Assembly (NCBI RefSeq): GCF_006345805.1
Contig: NC_043008.1
Location: forward strand, 5,208,001-5,272,000
DNA from: Octopus sinensis
Taxonomy: Eukaryota
Direction: 5' to 3'
Length of the DNA stretch: 64,000 nt
Shown: positions 36,241 through 50,069 of the stretch, piece by piece
How the letters are laid out: each line of letters begins with the position of its first letter
Position numbering within the stretch: the stretch's first letter is position 1
Position numbers and translations under genes: made by a program
The notes under the pieces: model-generated
Databases searched by the model: none
Told to the model about the DNA's origin: nothing
The model's input: the letters and a program-made list of their open reading frames with translations, nothing else

Positions 36241-39200
36241 AATGTGTGCCAATGTTTCTGCCAGCTCGCCACCTTATCTTATCGATTTCTAAAGAATGAA
36301 AGGCTTTGTTGACCTCTGAGGAATTTAAACTCAGAATGTAAAGATGGATGAAACATTGCTAAGCATTTTGTCCAGCTAAAGATTCAGCCAGCTCTCTACC
36401 TCGATGGTGATGTAAATAATGATATATTTATTTAGACAGCGAGCTGGCAGAAACATTAGCATGCCAGGCAAAATGCGTAGCTGTATTTCGTCTGCTGTTA
36501 CGTTCTGAGTTCAAATTCCGCCAAGGTTGACTTTGCCTTTCATCCTTTTGGGGTCGATAAATTAAGTACCAGTTATGCACTGAGGTCAATGTAATCGACT
36601 TAATCCGTTTGTCTGTCCTTGTTTAGCCCCTTGTGGGTAGTAAAGAAATAGATATATTTATTTGAATGTCAAATGGAGAAATGGAATTTGAAGAGGAGAA
36701 AAAGAGAGAGAGAGAGATGTGTGTGTCTGTGTATGTACATGTTGTAGGGAATGGGTTGTAGTTTTTGTTATGACATTTTTGGAAATGTGAAAGATTAACC
36801 AAATTATGCCAGACTAATTATATTATGGGTAGGTCTAATATGCCATTCAAAAATGATAATTAGACATAGCATTCACATTGTTGGTTGAAAGATGACTTTA
36901 TACATTTGTATAGATGAACATCATCATCACCATCATTTAATATCCGCTTTCCATGCTAGCATGGATTGGATGGTTTGACTGATGGCTGGCGAACCAGATG
37001 GCTGCACCAGGCTCCAGTCTTGATCTGGCAGAGTTCTACAGCTGGATGCCCTTCCTAATGCCAACCACTCCGAGTGTAGTGGGTGCTTTTTACGCGCCAC
37101 TGGTTCAGGGGCCAGTCAGGTGGTTCTGGCAACAACCACGCTCAAAGGTGTTTTACGTGCTACCTGCATGGGAACCAGTCCAGATGCACTGGCAACGACC
37201 ACGCTCTTATGTTGTTTTTCTCGTGCCACCAGCACATGTACAAGTAAGGCGATGCTGGCAATGATCACGCTTGAATGGTGTTTTTCACATGTCACTGGTA
37301 CAGGAGCCAATCCGGGGCCCCGGCAACGATCACGCTTGGATGTGCTTTTAATGTTTCACTGGCAAGAGTGCCAATCAGGTGGTTCTGTCATCGGCCATGT
37401 CAGCGATTTTGATTTCACTTGCCTCAATAGGTCTTCACAAGCAGAATTTAGTGTCCAATGAAGGAAAGGTACGCTTAAGTGGGTTGGTTACACTTTGGCA
37501 TAGTCCATGAGGTTATGGTCTCACTTGGCTTGCCGAGTCTTCTCAAGCACAGCATATTTCCAATGGTACCAGTCACTAGGCATTGCCTCAGTGAGTCCCA
37601 GTGTTCGAAGGTCGTGCTTCACCACCTCATCCCAGGTTTTCCTTGGTCTACCTCTTCCACAGGTTCCCTAAACTGCTAGGGTGTGGCACTTTTTCACACA
37701 GCTATCAACATCCATTCGCGCCACATGACCATACCAGCACAGCTGTCTCTCTTGCACACCACATCTGATGCTTCTTAGGTTCAACTTTTCTCCCGAAGTA
37801 CGTACACCCTGTCATCCACTTTGTCAGCGATTTTGATTTTGACTTCACTTGCCTCAATAGGTCTTCGCAAGCAAAGTGTATTGTCCAATGAATGAGGAGT
37901 AAACATAAGTGGGCTGGTTACACCCACTGACATAGGCCATGGGCTATGGTATCACTTGGCTGGTCAGGTCTTCTCAAGCACAGCATATCTCCAAAGGTCT
38001 CAGTCACTAGTCATTGCCAACCAAAGTACAAATATATGGGAAATTACCACCTGTATCATCTCTTGTGAAAGATAGAAGAGTCCAGTTTGCTGAACATTGT
38101 TGTAGAGCTGAAAACAAGGTAATTTCTACTCTTCTCCTCTGGAAGCCATCTGCTCGCGATACCAGAGGGCGCACACTCTCCTACCCTGATGTAATCTCCA
38201 GCGATACAGGCATCCAGCAACGGGACCTCCGTAATGCTATGATGGACCATGAAGTCTGGCGTAACAGTAAATTCCATTGTCTCAACCACAGTCGAACAAT
38301 GATGATGAGTCATTGCCTCAGTGAGTCCCAGTGTTCGAAGGTTGTGCTTCACCACCTCATCCCAAGTTTTCCTGGGTCTATCTCTTCCACAAGTTCCCTC
38401 AACTGCTAGGGTGTGACACTTTTTCACACAGCTGTCCTCATTCATTCGCAACACATGACTATATCGGCACAGTCATCTCTCTTGCACATCACATCTGTTA
38501 TTTCAAAAACAATTGATTTTTTAAGATGTGAAAAGTAATGTATTTCATAGAGGGTATGAAGAGTTTTCGTCTAGCTGAGTGAAATCAAAATTGAACCAAA
38601 TCCTATGACTGGTACCCGGTCGTTGCCAGTGCCGCTGGACTGACTCCTGTGCAGGTGACAAGTAAAGAAACACCGTTTCAACCATGTGCTTGAGACCTAT
38701 TGAGTCAAGTACATCAACATCAAAGATCAATGGAAATTGTATTTGCGATCCCTGTGCCGGTGGCACGTAAAAAGCACCATCCGAACGTGGTTGATGCCAG
38801 CACTGCCCCGATCGGCTTCTGTGCCGTGGCACGTAAAAAGCACCATCCGAACGTGGCCGATGCCAGCGCCGCCTCAACTGGCTTCTGTGCCGGTGGCACA
38901 TAAAAAGCACCATCCGATCATAGCCGCTGCCAGCCTCCCCTGGCACCTGTGCGGGGTGGCATGTAAAAAGCACCCACTACACTCACAGAGTGGTTGGCGT
39001 TAGGAAGGGCATCCAGCTGTAGAAACATTGCCTGATCAGACAGGAGCCTGGTGCAGCCTCCTTGCTTCCCAGACCCCGGTCGAACTGTCCAACCCGTGCT
39101 AGCATGGAAAACAGACGTTAAACAATGATGATGATGATAACTCAAAGATATACGTTCTGAATGCTCAAATAGATGCATCATCAGATTTCCAGTTCGAAAA

Positions 39201-39341
39201 GCAGTTGAAGTTACAGTTAACATAATTATCTAGTATGTACATGTTCGACATCACATGTTACATACAAATATGTACGTATACACATGTAGGTGCAGATACA
39301 CATGAGCATACATTCATAGTTTCACATGCATACATGCATAT

Positions 39342-40672
39342 GTGGGATGATCAATAAGTATCCAGACTGTTACTAATATACTAATGAAGCTGAAGCGCAC
39401 AGAGTGAAGCCACTTGGCACGGATTGACCTTGAACTCTGCTGTGCATGCACACTAAGTTTTAATGTTCTAGCTCATTTCTGCTGTTTACAGCAGTGCCTG
39501 GAAGGAAGGTGTGTATTGTGTGATCGTTGTATTGACCATAACAGAAAGTTGAGCAGAGAATCATCATCACCGTTTAACGTCCGCTTTCCATGCTAGCATG
39601 GGTTGGACCATTTTGACTGAGGTCTGGCGAACCAGATGGTCGCACCAGGCTCCAATCTTGATCTGGCAGAGTTTCTACAGCTGGATGCCCTTCCTAATGC
39701 CGACCACTCTGAGAGTGTAGTGGATGCTTTTTACGTGCTACGGCACAGCGCCAGTCAGTTGGCTGCTCTGGCAACGATTACGCTCGGATGGTGCTCTTGG
39801 CACCCTACTAGCACGGGCACAGGTGCCAGTAAGGCAACGTTGGTAACGATCATGCTCGAATGGTGCCCTTTTATGTGCCACTGGCATGGAAGCTGGTTAG
39901 CCGCTCTGTCAACGATCACACTCGTATGGTGCTCTTTGCACCCCGCTAGCATGGATGCCAGTCATGAAATTTGATTTTGATTTCACTTGCCTCAACAGGT
40001 CTTCGCAAGCAGAGTTTAGTGTCCAAAGAAGGAAAAGGGACACATAAGCGGGCTTTGCCAAAAGCTTGGGGATCCCTGCTCTGAGGCCTACGCAAAGTTT
40101 TCAAAAAGTTTTCATCATTCTCGTCACAACGAAAGAGATTTTGTGGAACTGAAACCCAAGAGTCTTTTTGGTCAACTGAAAGCAGTTTTGGCAGAAACTT
40201 GGGAGACACACGTCTCATACCTAAATCTTCAGTGATAATGGACAGGACTGAACCATAACTAATCTGCATATCCTCTGATAACTCACGGATGGTGATTTAA
40301 TGATTTCCCCTCACAGCTGCATGCACATCTTCGATGTTTTTTCTGGTTCTGTTTTTTTGTGGGTCTCCTAGAATGTTTGTTAATATCGACATTTTTCAGC
40401 CATCTTGGAAACGTCTGAACCACTCATACACTCCTCTCCATACACTTTCTGCAACTTTGCATAGGCCTCTGTCGTGGTCAATGTGACGATAACACACTAC
40501 ACACCTTCCTTCCAAACACTGCTGTAAACAGCGGAAGTGAGCTAGAACATTAAAACATAATGCACATGCACAGCAGAGTTCAAGGTCAATCTTTGTCAAG
40601 ACACTTCACTCTAAGTAGTTTAGCTTCGTTACTATGGAAACAGTCCAGACGCTTATTCAGCAGACCTCCTAC
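39342..40672 (-). mobile_element. Mariner-like element with roughly 200-bp inverted termini, disrupted by an RTE-L tail
   Basis: Inverted repeats at about 39345-39560 and 40455-40670; transposase N-terminal remnant ISYGSVLSIITEDLGMRRVSPKFLPKLL (39946..40269). Confidence 0.7.
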
Positions 40673-41007
40673 ACAGACCCATACATACATATACTCTCAT
40701 GCACACAAATACACATGTACATGCATAACACAAGGGCACACATAGTCTCACCCAGGTACACCTACATACACATATACATGCAAACACACACATGCACACA
40801 GATATGTATGTTATACACATATGCATATGCATGCACACACACACCCACATTGATCAATAGCCATTACAGCCGATCTTACCAATCGGTTTCATACTAGGGG
40901 TTCAAAGGAGTATTAGGTAACTGTTCGATTATGTAACACTCTGCTCTTCAGAGGTATCTGTTATGGAATGAGATATGGCAACTGTAAGAATATATATATA
41001 TATATAT

Positions 41008-41310
41008 CACCGTGATCGACCAGGCTATCAGATGTTGCTATACATCGCTGGTCACAATGCGCTTCGCATTGTTTTAGCCTTCAAGTGATGCCACCTCACT
41101 GGCTAAGCAAGCAGGCCAACAGAAGAAAGAGTGAGAGAAAGTTGTGGCGAAAGAGTACAGCAGGGATTGCCACCACCCCCTGCCAGAGGCTCATGTAGTT
41201 TTAGGTGTTTTCACTCAATAAACACTCACAACGACCAATCTGGGAATCGAAACTGCAATCCTACAACTGTAAGTCCGCTGCCCTAACCACTAGGCCATTG
41301 CGCTTCCACA
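41008..41310 (-). mobile_element. tRNA-derived SINE, third family
   Basis: Minus-strand head GCGCAATGGCCTAGTGGTTAGGGCAGCGGAC...GTTTCGATTCCC. Confidence 0.7.
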
Positions 41311-41889
41311 TACATACACATATATATAACCACAACTATGTATGCAATCGATCAGACCACATGGGTATTTATCGCCCGTGAGGGTCTGATAAATTGTATC
41401 GAGGACAAATGCTGCCGATGACTTATAGATAAATATGTGAGTATAATTGCATATTATATTGATAAAGAAACAATTGTTCAGCATTAATCTATCTTTTCGT
41501 TGTATTTCGCTTTCCTTACATTGAAGGTAATGTTGTTTCTTTTGTGGAAACAACTTTGGTGGCTATACCAGAGTAAGGAGCTATTTCTAGCACTAGAGTT
41601 AACCACTTAACGTTAACTCTCTTATATTTACGTATAAATTTGTACTGTCTCCCTGGTTTTTATGTGCTAGGCCACTTGGTGTTAAACTGATGGTATTATT
41701 AAATTAATATCTAATTTTTCACCCTCATTTATGAGTATATATATATATATATAGGGAAAAGAAAAAATAAAGGAAAAGTACATTAGATATAAAAAATAAA
41801 GGCATTTTTAAGAAAAGCAAAGATATATACATACAATTAGATGATATGAGGTGGAATTATGAAGTATAAAAATCATTATTATGTGTCAT

Positions 41890-44800
41890 TATAGAAATTC
41901 ATAGTGATACCAGTATCGTCAGAGCTGATCACTGAATGAACACTGATTTCCAAATAGCAATGGGTCTAGTACCTGAGTGAAAAGATTACATGCAAGGGAG
42001 GTGATGCAATTAAGGTAGATATAAATACTGGAATATGAATGGTGTAGGAGATTAGTGGAATTATGGGTATTGGTAAGGTTAGTAGTGTCCTGTATTAAGT
42101 TGTGTGTTCATGTTGAGCTGTGGATGATATTTATTAATGAAAGTTGCCTCTTTATTTAATCTTTGCTGAACTGAGGTGTTCTGTGAACAATGATAAAAGG
42201 GAAAATTAGGAAGTTTGATTTAAGGTTCCTAGCACATCTTTCTATGTGCTCACTGACCTGTATCTGTCTGTATTGTGGGTAGCGGATTTGTTTTTGTGAA
42301 GAGTCATTCTTCGTTGGAGTGACATTCCTGTTTGGCCTATATAGTGATTTCCGCACCCTAAGCTGGTAATAGCATATATTAAGTTTTCAGAGGCACGGGT
42401 GAAATTTGATTTTATCTGTATATATAAAAGGCAGGAAGTGTGTGTGTGTACATGAATGTAATTTCTGCACGTCCACAAATTAGCACGCATGTAGCTCCAA
42501 TTTTAGGACATTCATCATGACCCTAGCTATATTTTCGTCAACTTATTTTTCCCAGAGGCAACAGCGAATAGCAGTAAAAATAAATTTTCAACCAAAACTT
42601 TTAACAATTTTCAAGTCGGAGAAATCACCATTGTTTGCAAACAGGAGTTAAGTCCCCTTCTAGCGACGAGTAAGTTTTTGTTAAGACTTTTGTTGGGTTT
42701 TTTTCCATGGAGGAAAAAAGTTTCTTTGTTGATATACAGGCAATACACACACACACACGAACATGTATGCAATAGGTGTATGCACGTACATATGTGTGTG
42801 TGTGTGTGTTGCTCATATATATATATATAAACCAATTTCAATGGATTTTGCCCAAATTTAACATCAGTGTTACTTAGTTTGGTTTGAAATAAAGAACTTG
42901 ATTAGCTTAATAATCCTAACTTAATCCCAGGCAAAGCCGGGTTATACTGCTAGTCTTAAATATTTCACCTTGTTTGAAGTGAAACTCTGTACCCTCCAAA
43001 ACCTGGGGGGCATGTACCACAGTTAGGCCACCTTAATTTTTTCACTTTTGGTTCCATTGTTAATGGATATAGTCTTGCACTGGTTAATATTTTTTTCAAT
43101 GATTTTGGTTGCATTTTGCTCTTGATAATTTTGTGTGAGCCTAAAATTTTGTTCATTGTTTTATCTCCAGTGAGAATGGGTAGATTTTGGATGATGATGT
43201 TGAAGGCCTCCTTATTTCTAGGGTTGTGTGTGGAAATGTATGGGAGTTTTTAAATCTGGTGTAGTAGTTCAGTTAACTTCCTTTATTGTTTGTATGCCTA
43301 TTTCCTTTGCTTTAATCCCATCCTGATTAGTATTAATTTAAGTTCAAGGGGTCTTTGTTCATGAGTATAGTTGTCTAAAACTTTGGTACAGATTCTTTTC
43401 ACTAGATTATAAGGTATATTAATTTTTGTGTGTTTGGGGTGGCATGAATTGAATAATAGGTGTTGTTTAGAATCTGTGGGTTTATAGAAGATGTCTGTTT
43501 CAATGTAGTTATTAACTATTTTAATTAGGATGTAAAGGAAAGGGAGTTGTTTATTGTTGTGTTCCATAGTGAATTGTATGTTGCTATTGATATTGTTGAG
43601 CATTATTTTGAAATTGAGGAGTTTGTCCATGCTATCATTCCAAAGCGTAAAGTAATCATCTAAGTACCTCTTCTAGTTCTCCTTTAAACAGCAATGAAAT
43701 TTGGTACCATATTTTTGTAGTGATATGCAGGACGGCCGCTGTGCTAACCTTGGATCGTAGAGTGACCCGCTGTTCGTGAGGAGACCTATTGAGTCAAGTA
43801 CGTTAACACCAACATCAAAGTAAAAATCAAATGGAAATTGTAGTTAAGACACCCGTGCTGGTGACACGTAAAAAGCACCATCTGAACATGGCAGATGCCA
43901 GCGCTGCCTGACTGGCATCCGTGTTGGTGACACGTAAAAGCACCAACCGATCGTGGCCATTTGCCAGCCTGCTCTGGCCCATGTGCCAGTGGCACATAAG
44001 AAACACCCACTACACTCACGGTGTGGTTGGCGTTAGGAAGGACATCCAACTGTAGAAACACTGCCAAATCAGACCAGAGCCTGGTGCAGCCTCCATGGCT
44101 TACCAGATACCGGTCGAACCGTCCAACCCTTGCTAGCATGGAAAACGGATGTTAAATGATGATGATGATGATGATGATGATGATTGGTATATTTTAAGTT
44201 CTAGATAACCCATTACAAGGTTCACAATCACTGGGGCAGCTCGAGTTCCCATTGCAATTCTACATTTTTGTCGATAGTAAACTATATCGAACATGAAATA
44301 GTTGTTTTGTAGGATAAATTCCAGTGCTGCAATTATGAAGTTGTGGTTGATGCGTCCTGGGATCTCTTCTGGGTATTTTTCTAGCCAGAAGGTGATTGCT
44401 TCTATACCATAGTCATGTGGGATATTTGTGTACAAGTTCACCACATCGAATGATACTAACAGGGTTCCTTCATTTATTGTTTTCGGGAGGTGGTTGAGCA
44501 TGACTAAATCATCCCTGATGAAGCTTTTCACATTTTTTAAATGGTTTCAGTAAGATGTCAAGGAAATTCCTCAAACAGTGGATTTCACTAGCAGGGCCAG
44601 CAATGATGCGTCTTAGTTTGAGGTCAGTAGGGGGAGAAACATTAATGAATAAGCTTGGAAAATCTTTGCAAGCTTTACTAATATGTGGATTTTTGTGTAT
44701 TTTAGGTAATCCGTAGAATAGACTTGGTCTGTATTTAAAATTAGATAAATAGTCAATTAATTTTTTAATGAGGCCCTATCCATGTTTTTGAAGTAAGGAG

Positions 44801-44990
44801 GATAAGTTTTTAAGTGTCTTCTGGGGTTTATAGTGCTCTATCTTTTCATAGAAGATTGTTTTCCAACATGGAGAGTATTAAATTTTTATAGTACTCTATG
44901 TCCATCACTACTACCGTACTTCCTTTATCTGCTTCTTTAATGGTTAGGTTTATATCATTTTTTTAACTCGATTAGGTTTTTCCATACATT
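41890..44990 (-). mobile_element. Degenerate Penelope-like element (RT plus GIY-YIG), interrupted by two later insertions
   Basis: FYGLPKIHK (about 44700), LVSFDVVNLYTNIP..AMGT (44133..44531), QLPFLYI..DIFYKPTDS (43298..43630), NLIY..CGNHYIGQT (42242..42490). Confidence 0.85.
42523..42954 (-). mobile_element. Helitron-like element, third interior type, inside the Penelope element
   Basis: Starts ACTAGCAGTATAACCCGGCTTTGCCTGGG and ends ...ATAGCTAG (CTRR-type end). Confidence 0.55.
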
Positions 44991-46924
44991 TGTGTTGAGG
45001 TTGGATTTAATTTATATATGTTTATGTATATAATCTTACATATATACATTCACGCATACACAGAAATACATTTCTACACACGAATACACTTGTACACACC
45101 ATTCGAGTGTGATCGTTACCAGTGTCACCTTACTTGCACTTGTGCCTGTGCTAATAGGGTGCCAAGAGCATCATCCAAGCGTGATCATTGCCAGAGCAGC
45201 CAACAGGCTTCCATGCCGGTGGCACGTAAAAGGGCACCATTCGAGCGTGATCGTTACCAATGTTGCCTTACTGGCACCTGTGCCGGTGGCATGTGTAAAA
45301 AGATTTGAGCAAGGTCAGTGCCAGTACCACCTGATTGGCCCTGTGCCGATGGCACATAAAAACCACCCACTACACTCTCGGAGTGGTTGGCGTTAGGAAG
45401 GGCATCCAGCTGTAGAAACTCTGCCAGATCAAGATTGGAGCCTGGTGCGGCCGTCTGATTCGCCAGCCCTCAGTCAAAATCATCCACATGCCACCGGCAC
45501 AGGTGCCAGTACAGTAACGTTGGTAACAATCATGCTAGAATGGTGCCCTTTTACGTGCCACAGCTCGGGGGCCAGTCAGGCGGTACTGGCAATGATCACG
45601 CTCGAATGGTGTCTTTTATGTGCCACCAGCACGGAAGCCAGTTAGCTGCTCTGGCAACGATCACGCTCGGATGGTGCTCTTAATACCCTACTAGCACGAG
45701 GCTCAAGTGCCAGTAAGGTGACGCTGGTAATGATCACACTCAAATGGTGCCTTTTATGTGCCACTGGCACGGAAGCCGGTTGGCTGCTATGTCAATGATT
45801 ATGCTCGTATGGTGCTCTTTGCACCCTGCTCGCACAGATGCCAGTCATCGAATTTGATTTTGATTTTGATTTCACTTGCCTCAACAGGTCTTTGCCAGCA
45901 GAGTTTAGCGACCAAAGAAGGAAAAGGTATACATAAGCAGGCTGGTTACGCTCCTGGTATAGGCCACAGGTTATGGCCCATCAATCAATATAAAAATCAA
46001 CACAAATGCAACCACTACCCAGAGAGCTTTGGGATGTTGCAGGCAGAGAGCATAAGATGACATGGTGAACAGACACTGCCAACAGACCCAAGCAGTGGAT
46101 GAACTGAGTTGACATCAGCATTTGTCATGATATTATGGTAGATATAAATATGGGAATATGCAGACCCAACAAATAATGTGAGTTCATGGCTGTTTCCTGC
46201 ACCAGCTTCACATGGAAGCTTGGATCATAGGGTGACCTGCTGTGCTTGAGGAGATCTATTGAGTCAAGTGCATCACCATCAACATCAAAAAATCAAATAG
46301 AAATTGTAGTTGTGATACCTGTGCCGGTGGCATGTAAAATGCACCATTCATACGTGGCTGATGCCAGCCCCGCCTTGACTGGCTTCTGTGCTGGTGGCAC
46401 GTAAAAAGCACCAACCGATCGTGGCCGTTGCCAGCCTCCCCTGGCACGTAAAAAGCACAATCTGTACGTGGCCGATGCCAGCGCCGCCTTGACTGGCTTC
46501 CATGCCGGTGGCATGTAAAAATCACCAATCGGTCATGGCCATTGCCAGCCTCCCCTGGCACTTGTGGCAGTGGCACGTGAAAAGCACCCACTACACTCAC
46601 CAAGTGGTTGGCATTAGGAAGGGCATCCAGCTGTAGAAACACTGCCAGATCAGACTGGAGCCTGGTACAGCCTCCTGGCTTCCCAGAGCCCTGTCGAACC
46701 ATCCAACCCATGCTAGTACGGAAAACGGACGTTAAACGATGATGATTATTACAATCACACCAAGAACAATAACAGCTAAATTCTCTCATAATTTGTCATT
46801 CATCGTAAGAGTATTTGTCTTTTGCTGGTATACAAGAAATTAAAAAAAACAAAAGTTGTTTGTAAAAGAAATCACAATCAATTTCATTGTCTTCTATGTA
46901 CAACTGTTAACCTCCAACGCTAGA

Positions 46925-47705
46925 TCATCATCATTGTTCGACCGTGGTTGAGACAATGGAATTTACTATGTTACGCCAGACTTCATGGTCCATCATAGCA
47001 TTACGGAGGTCCTGTTGCTGGATGCCTGTATCCCTGGAGATTACATCAGAGTAGGAGAGTGTGTACCCTCTGGTATCGCGAACAGATGGCTTCCAGAGGA
47101 GAAGAGTAGAAATTACCTCGTTTTCAGCTCTACAACAATGTCCAGCAAACTGGACTCTTCTACCTTTCACAAGAGATGATACAGGTGGTAATTTCCCTTA
47201 TATTTGTACTTTGGTTGGATGACGCTTCCACGAGAGATTTTAAGCTGTTATAAGGAGGCGAGTGTAAGTTCCATCCAACCGCCTCTCAAGCTTTTTTGAT
47301 AACGTCCAGGTTTCTGAGCCATATAGTAGAATTGGTTCGACTGTAGCTTTGAAGATTTTAAGTTTGAAATCTCTACTTAGATTTGATGACCAGATCTTAT
47401 GCATATCATTACAGGCTGACCAGGCCATACCCTTTCTAGTTAGAAAATCTTTTTCAGATGATGATATGTATGACCCAAGATATTTGTAATCAGAAACCAT
47501 ATTTAAGAGCGTATTGTTGAGAGTGTGGATGATGAAATCACTGTTGGACAGGCACTTGTTTACATATTCAGTCTTGGACTCATTGAGGTAAAGACCTACA
47601 CAATTTGAGGCTTGTTCAAGAGATTGTAAAAGAGACTGGGCATTGGAGAGAGAATCACTGATAAGAGCGATGTCGTCAGCAAAGTCAGTGTCTGTTAAGT
47701 GTTCA
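46925..47705 (-). mobile_element. Longest RTE-S copy (RT C-terminal half)
   Basis: Includes LTDTDFADDIALIS (FADD catalytic motif), YKYLGSYI, KATVEPILLYGSETW and the (TGA)n tail. Confidence 0.85.
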
Positions 47706-48534
47706 GCTGGGTGTCTGGAACTTCTAGGTTTTATTTCAAAGCCCTTAATCTTATCAATAATTACTGAGTAAATCTTATCAATAAAGACAATTGCATTACC
47801 AGAAACTTGGTGTTTTTCTTCTTTTTTACATTAACTTTTGACCAACGTAGGCAACATTTTGAGAATGATTATGAAATGTAATTGTGCATGGTGACTAATG
47901 TCAAGCTATCTAAATATGATCACTAATAAACTTCTGTAATTGCTTCATCCCCTGTGCACCAGAATGACCAAATAACTTATTATATACAAAGCGATGATAA
48001 GCCTAATCAGCTAATGCCTTTCTGACATTTTTTAATCAACAAAATAACAGCTATGAAATGTGGATGGTGCTGGATACAGATATTTGATTATTTTTATATG
48101 GTTTCATTATTTCGTCTCTATGAGCTTATTGTCTTCTTGTTTAGTTGGTTGATGCAAAGTTTATTTCCGTGTGCGATGCTGATGTATGTGTTTGAGGTTG
48201 TCTCTGGTTGTAATGAGATTGGATATTGCTAATGTGTATTTGGGAGTTATATTTTTTGTTGTTGTTTTGTAGAATATGTTTGTGATTGAGATAATTGTGA
48301 GTATTGAATTCTGAAAATGTTGTCAGGTTTAGTCTTTTGATGGAACTCATTCAGGATCCGGATCTTTTCACTTTGACCGGCAGATTTTTAAAATAATTTC
48401 TTTGTAACCAAACACTTTTAAACTTCGTATACTGGTAGAATGTGTTACATAAAACATCTTTTTCTCTTGGCTTTCTTGAGAAAATTCTGTAGTTTGTAAG
48501 CTATTTCTTGTTTAATTTCCTGCATTTTGGCAAT

Positions 48535-48571
48535 ATATATGCATGTATTATACATATATATATGCATGTAT

Positions 48572-48611
<40 letters not shown>

Positions 48612-49107
48612 CCGGTGGCACGTGGCACACAAGAAAACCATCCGAACGTGGCCGTAGCCAGTACCGCATCGACTGACCTCCATGCTGTGGGCACGTAACA
48701 AACACCATCCGATCGTGGCCGTTTGCCAGCCTCATCTGGCACCTGTGTCGGTGGCACATAAAAACACCATCCGAGCGTGGCCGTCTGCCAGCCTCGTCTG
48801 GCACCTGTGTCGGTGGCACATAAAAAACACCATCCGAGCGTGGCCGTTTGCCAGCCTCGTCTGGCACCTGTGTCGGTGGCACATAAAATCACCCACTACA
48901 CTCTCAGAGTGGTTGGCGTTAGGAAGGGCATCCAGCTGTAGAAACACTGCCAGATCTGACTGGACTGGTGCAGCTTTCGGGCTCCCCAGACCCCAGTTGA
49001 ACCGTCGAACCCATGCTAGCATGGAAAGCGGACGTTAATGATGATGATGATGATGATGTATATATATATATATATATGCATGTATTATACATATATATGC
49101 ATGTATT

Positions 49108-49157
<50 letters not shown>

Positions 49158-49375
49158 TATATGCATGTATTATACATATATATATATATATGCATGTATT
49201 ATACATATATATGCATGTATTATCATATATATATGCATGTATTATACATATATATATATGCATGTATTATACATATATATATGTATGTATGTATTATTCA
49301 TATATATATGTATGTATTATATATATATATGTATGTATTATATATATATATATGTGTATATATATATGATGATGA

Positions 49376-49421
<46 letters not shown>

Positions 49422-49626
49422 TGTCGGTGGCACATAAAATCACCCACTACACTCTCAGAGTGGTTGGCATTAGGAAGGGCATCCAGCTGTAGAAACACTG
49501 CCAGATCTGACTGGCCTGGTGCAGCCTTCGGCTCCCCAGACCCCAGTTGAACCGTCCAACCCATGCTAGCATGGAAAACGACGCTAAATGATGATGATGA
49601 TGATGATGATGATATATATATATACG

Positions 49627-49667
<41 letters not shown>

Positions 49668-49680
49668 TGTATATTAGAAG
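48535..49680. repeat. (TA)n-derived minisatellite field with a duplicated RTE-L terminus
   Basis: Repeated ATGCATGTATTATACATATATAT units; near-identical terminal modules at about 48870-49055 and 49420-49610. Confidence 0.85.
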
Positions 49681-50069
49681 AAATGAGGTACTCAGAAATC
49701 CTGATCGTTTTATATTTACAGATATTTATTAGTATGTTACATGTTTTTATACATCGTATATCATATATTAGTGCTTTCATCCATTCTAGTGGAGCTTTCA
49801 AATTGAACTACATTTTTGCAGGAATTTTGACTCTTTTTATAGTATTATTGAGTGTGTAGTGGTGGGGAGAGATGTAAGATAGTACAAGAGGGTGAGGAAT
49901 GGGGAGAAAGTGAGAGAGCATGTGTGTGTGTGTTTGTATCTGAAAGTAGTGTTAAAGAAAAAGAAGGAAAGGAAGAAAAGGGAGAGAAAGAAGAAAAAAT
50001 TTTTGTTGATCTCTTTGTAGAAAGTTTATTTTTGTATGTGGAGCACTGTAGTTTTTAATGTATTTTGTA

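Noticed and set aside
40880-40981. Strong AG/GT pair on the minus strand (102 nt)
   Set aside because: Stop codons in all three frames and no kinase similarity.
41520-41580. AG/GT-bounded 61-nt minus-strand segment with open frames
   Set aside because: No resemblance to the missing kinase exon and the size/phase is not as expected.
40865-41930. Possible minus-strand hammerhead (CTGACGA near 41916-41922; GAAAC..GTA near 40878-40890)
   Set aside because: The halves are about 1 kb apart, stem II is out of register by one base and stem I is weak.
48100-48350. Possible further Penelope-like fragment
   Set aside because: Only compositional similarity; no diagnostic motif.
48919-49801. Several long ORFs rich in Y/I/C/M
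   Set aside because: Translations of (TA)n-derived microsatellite.
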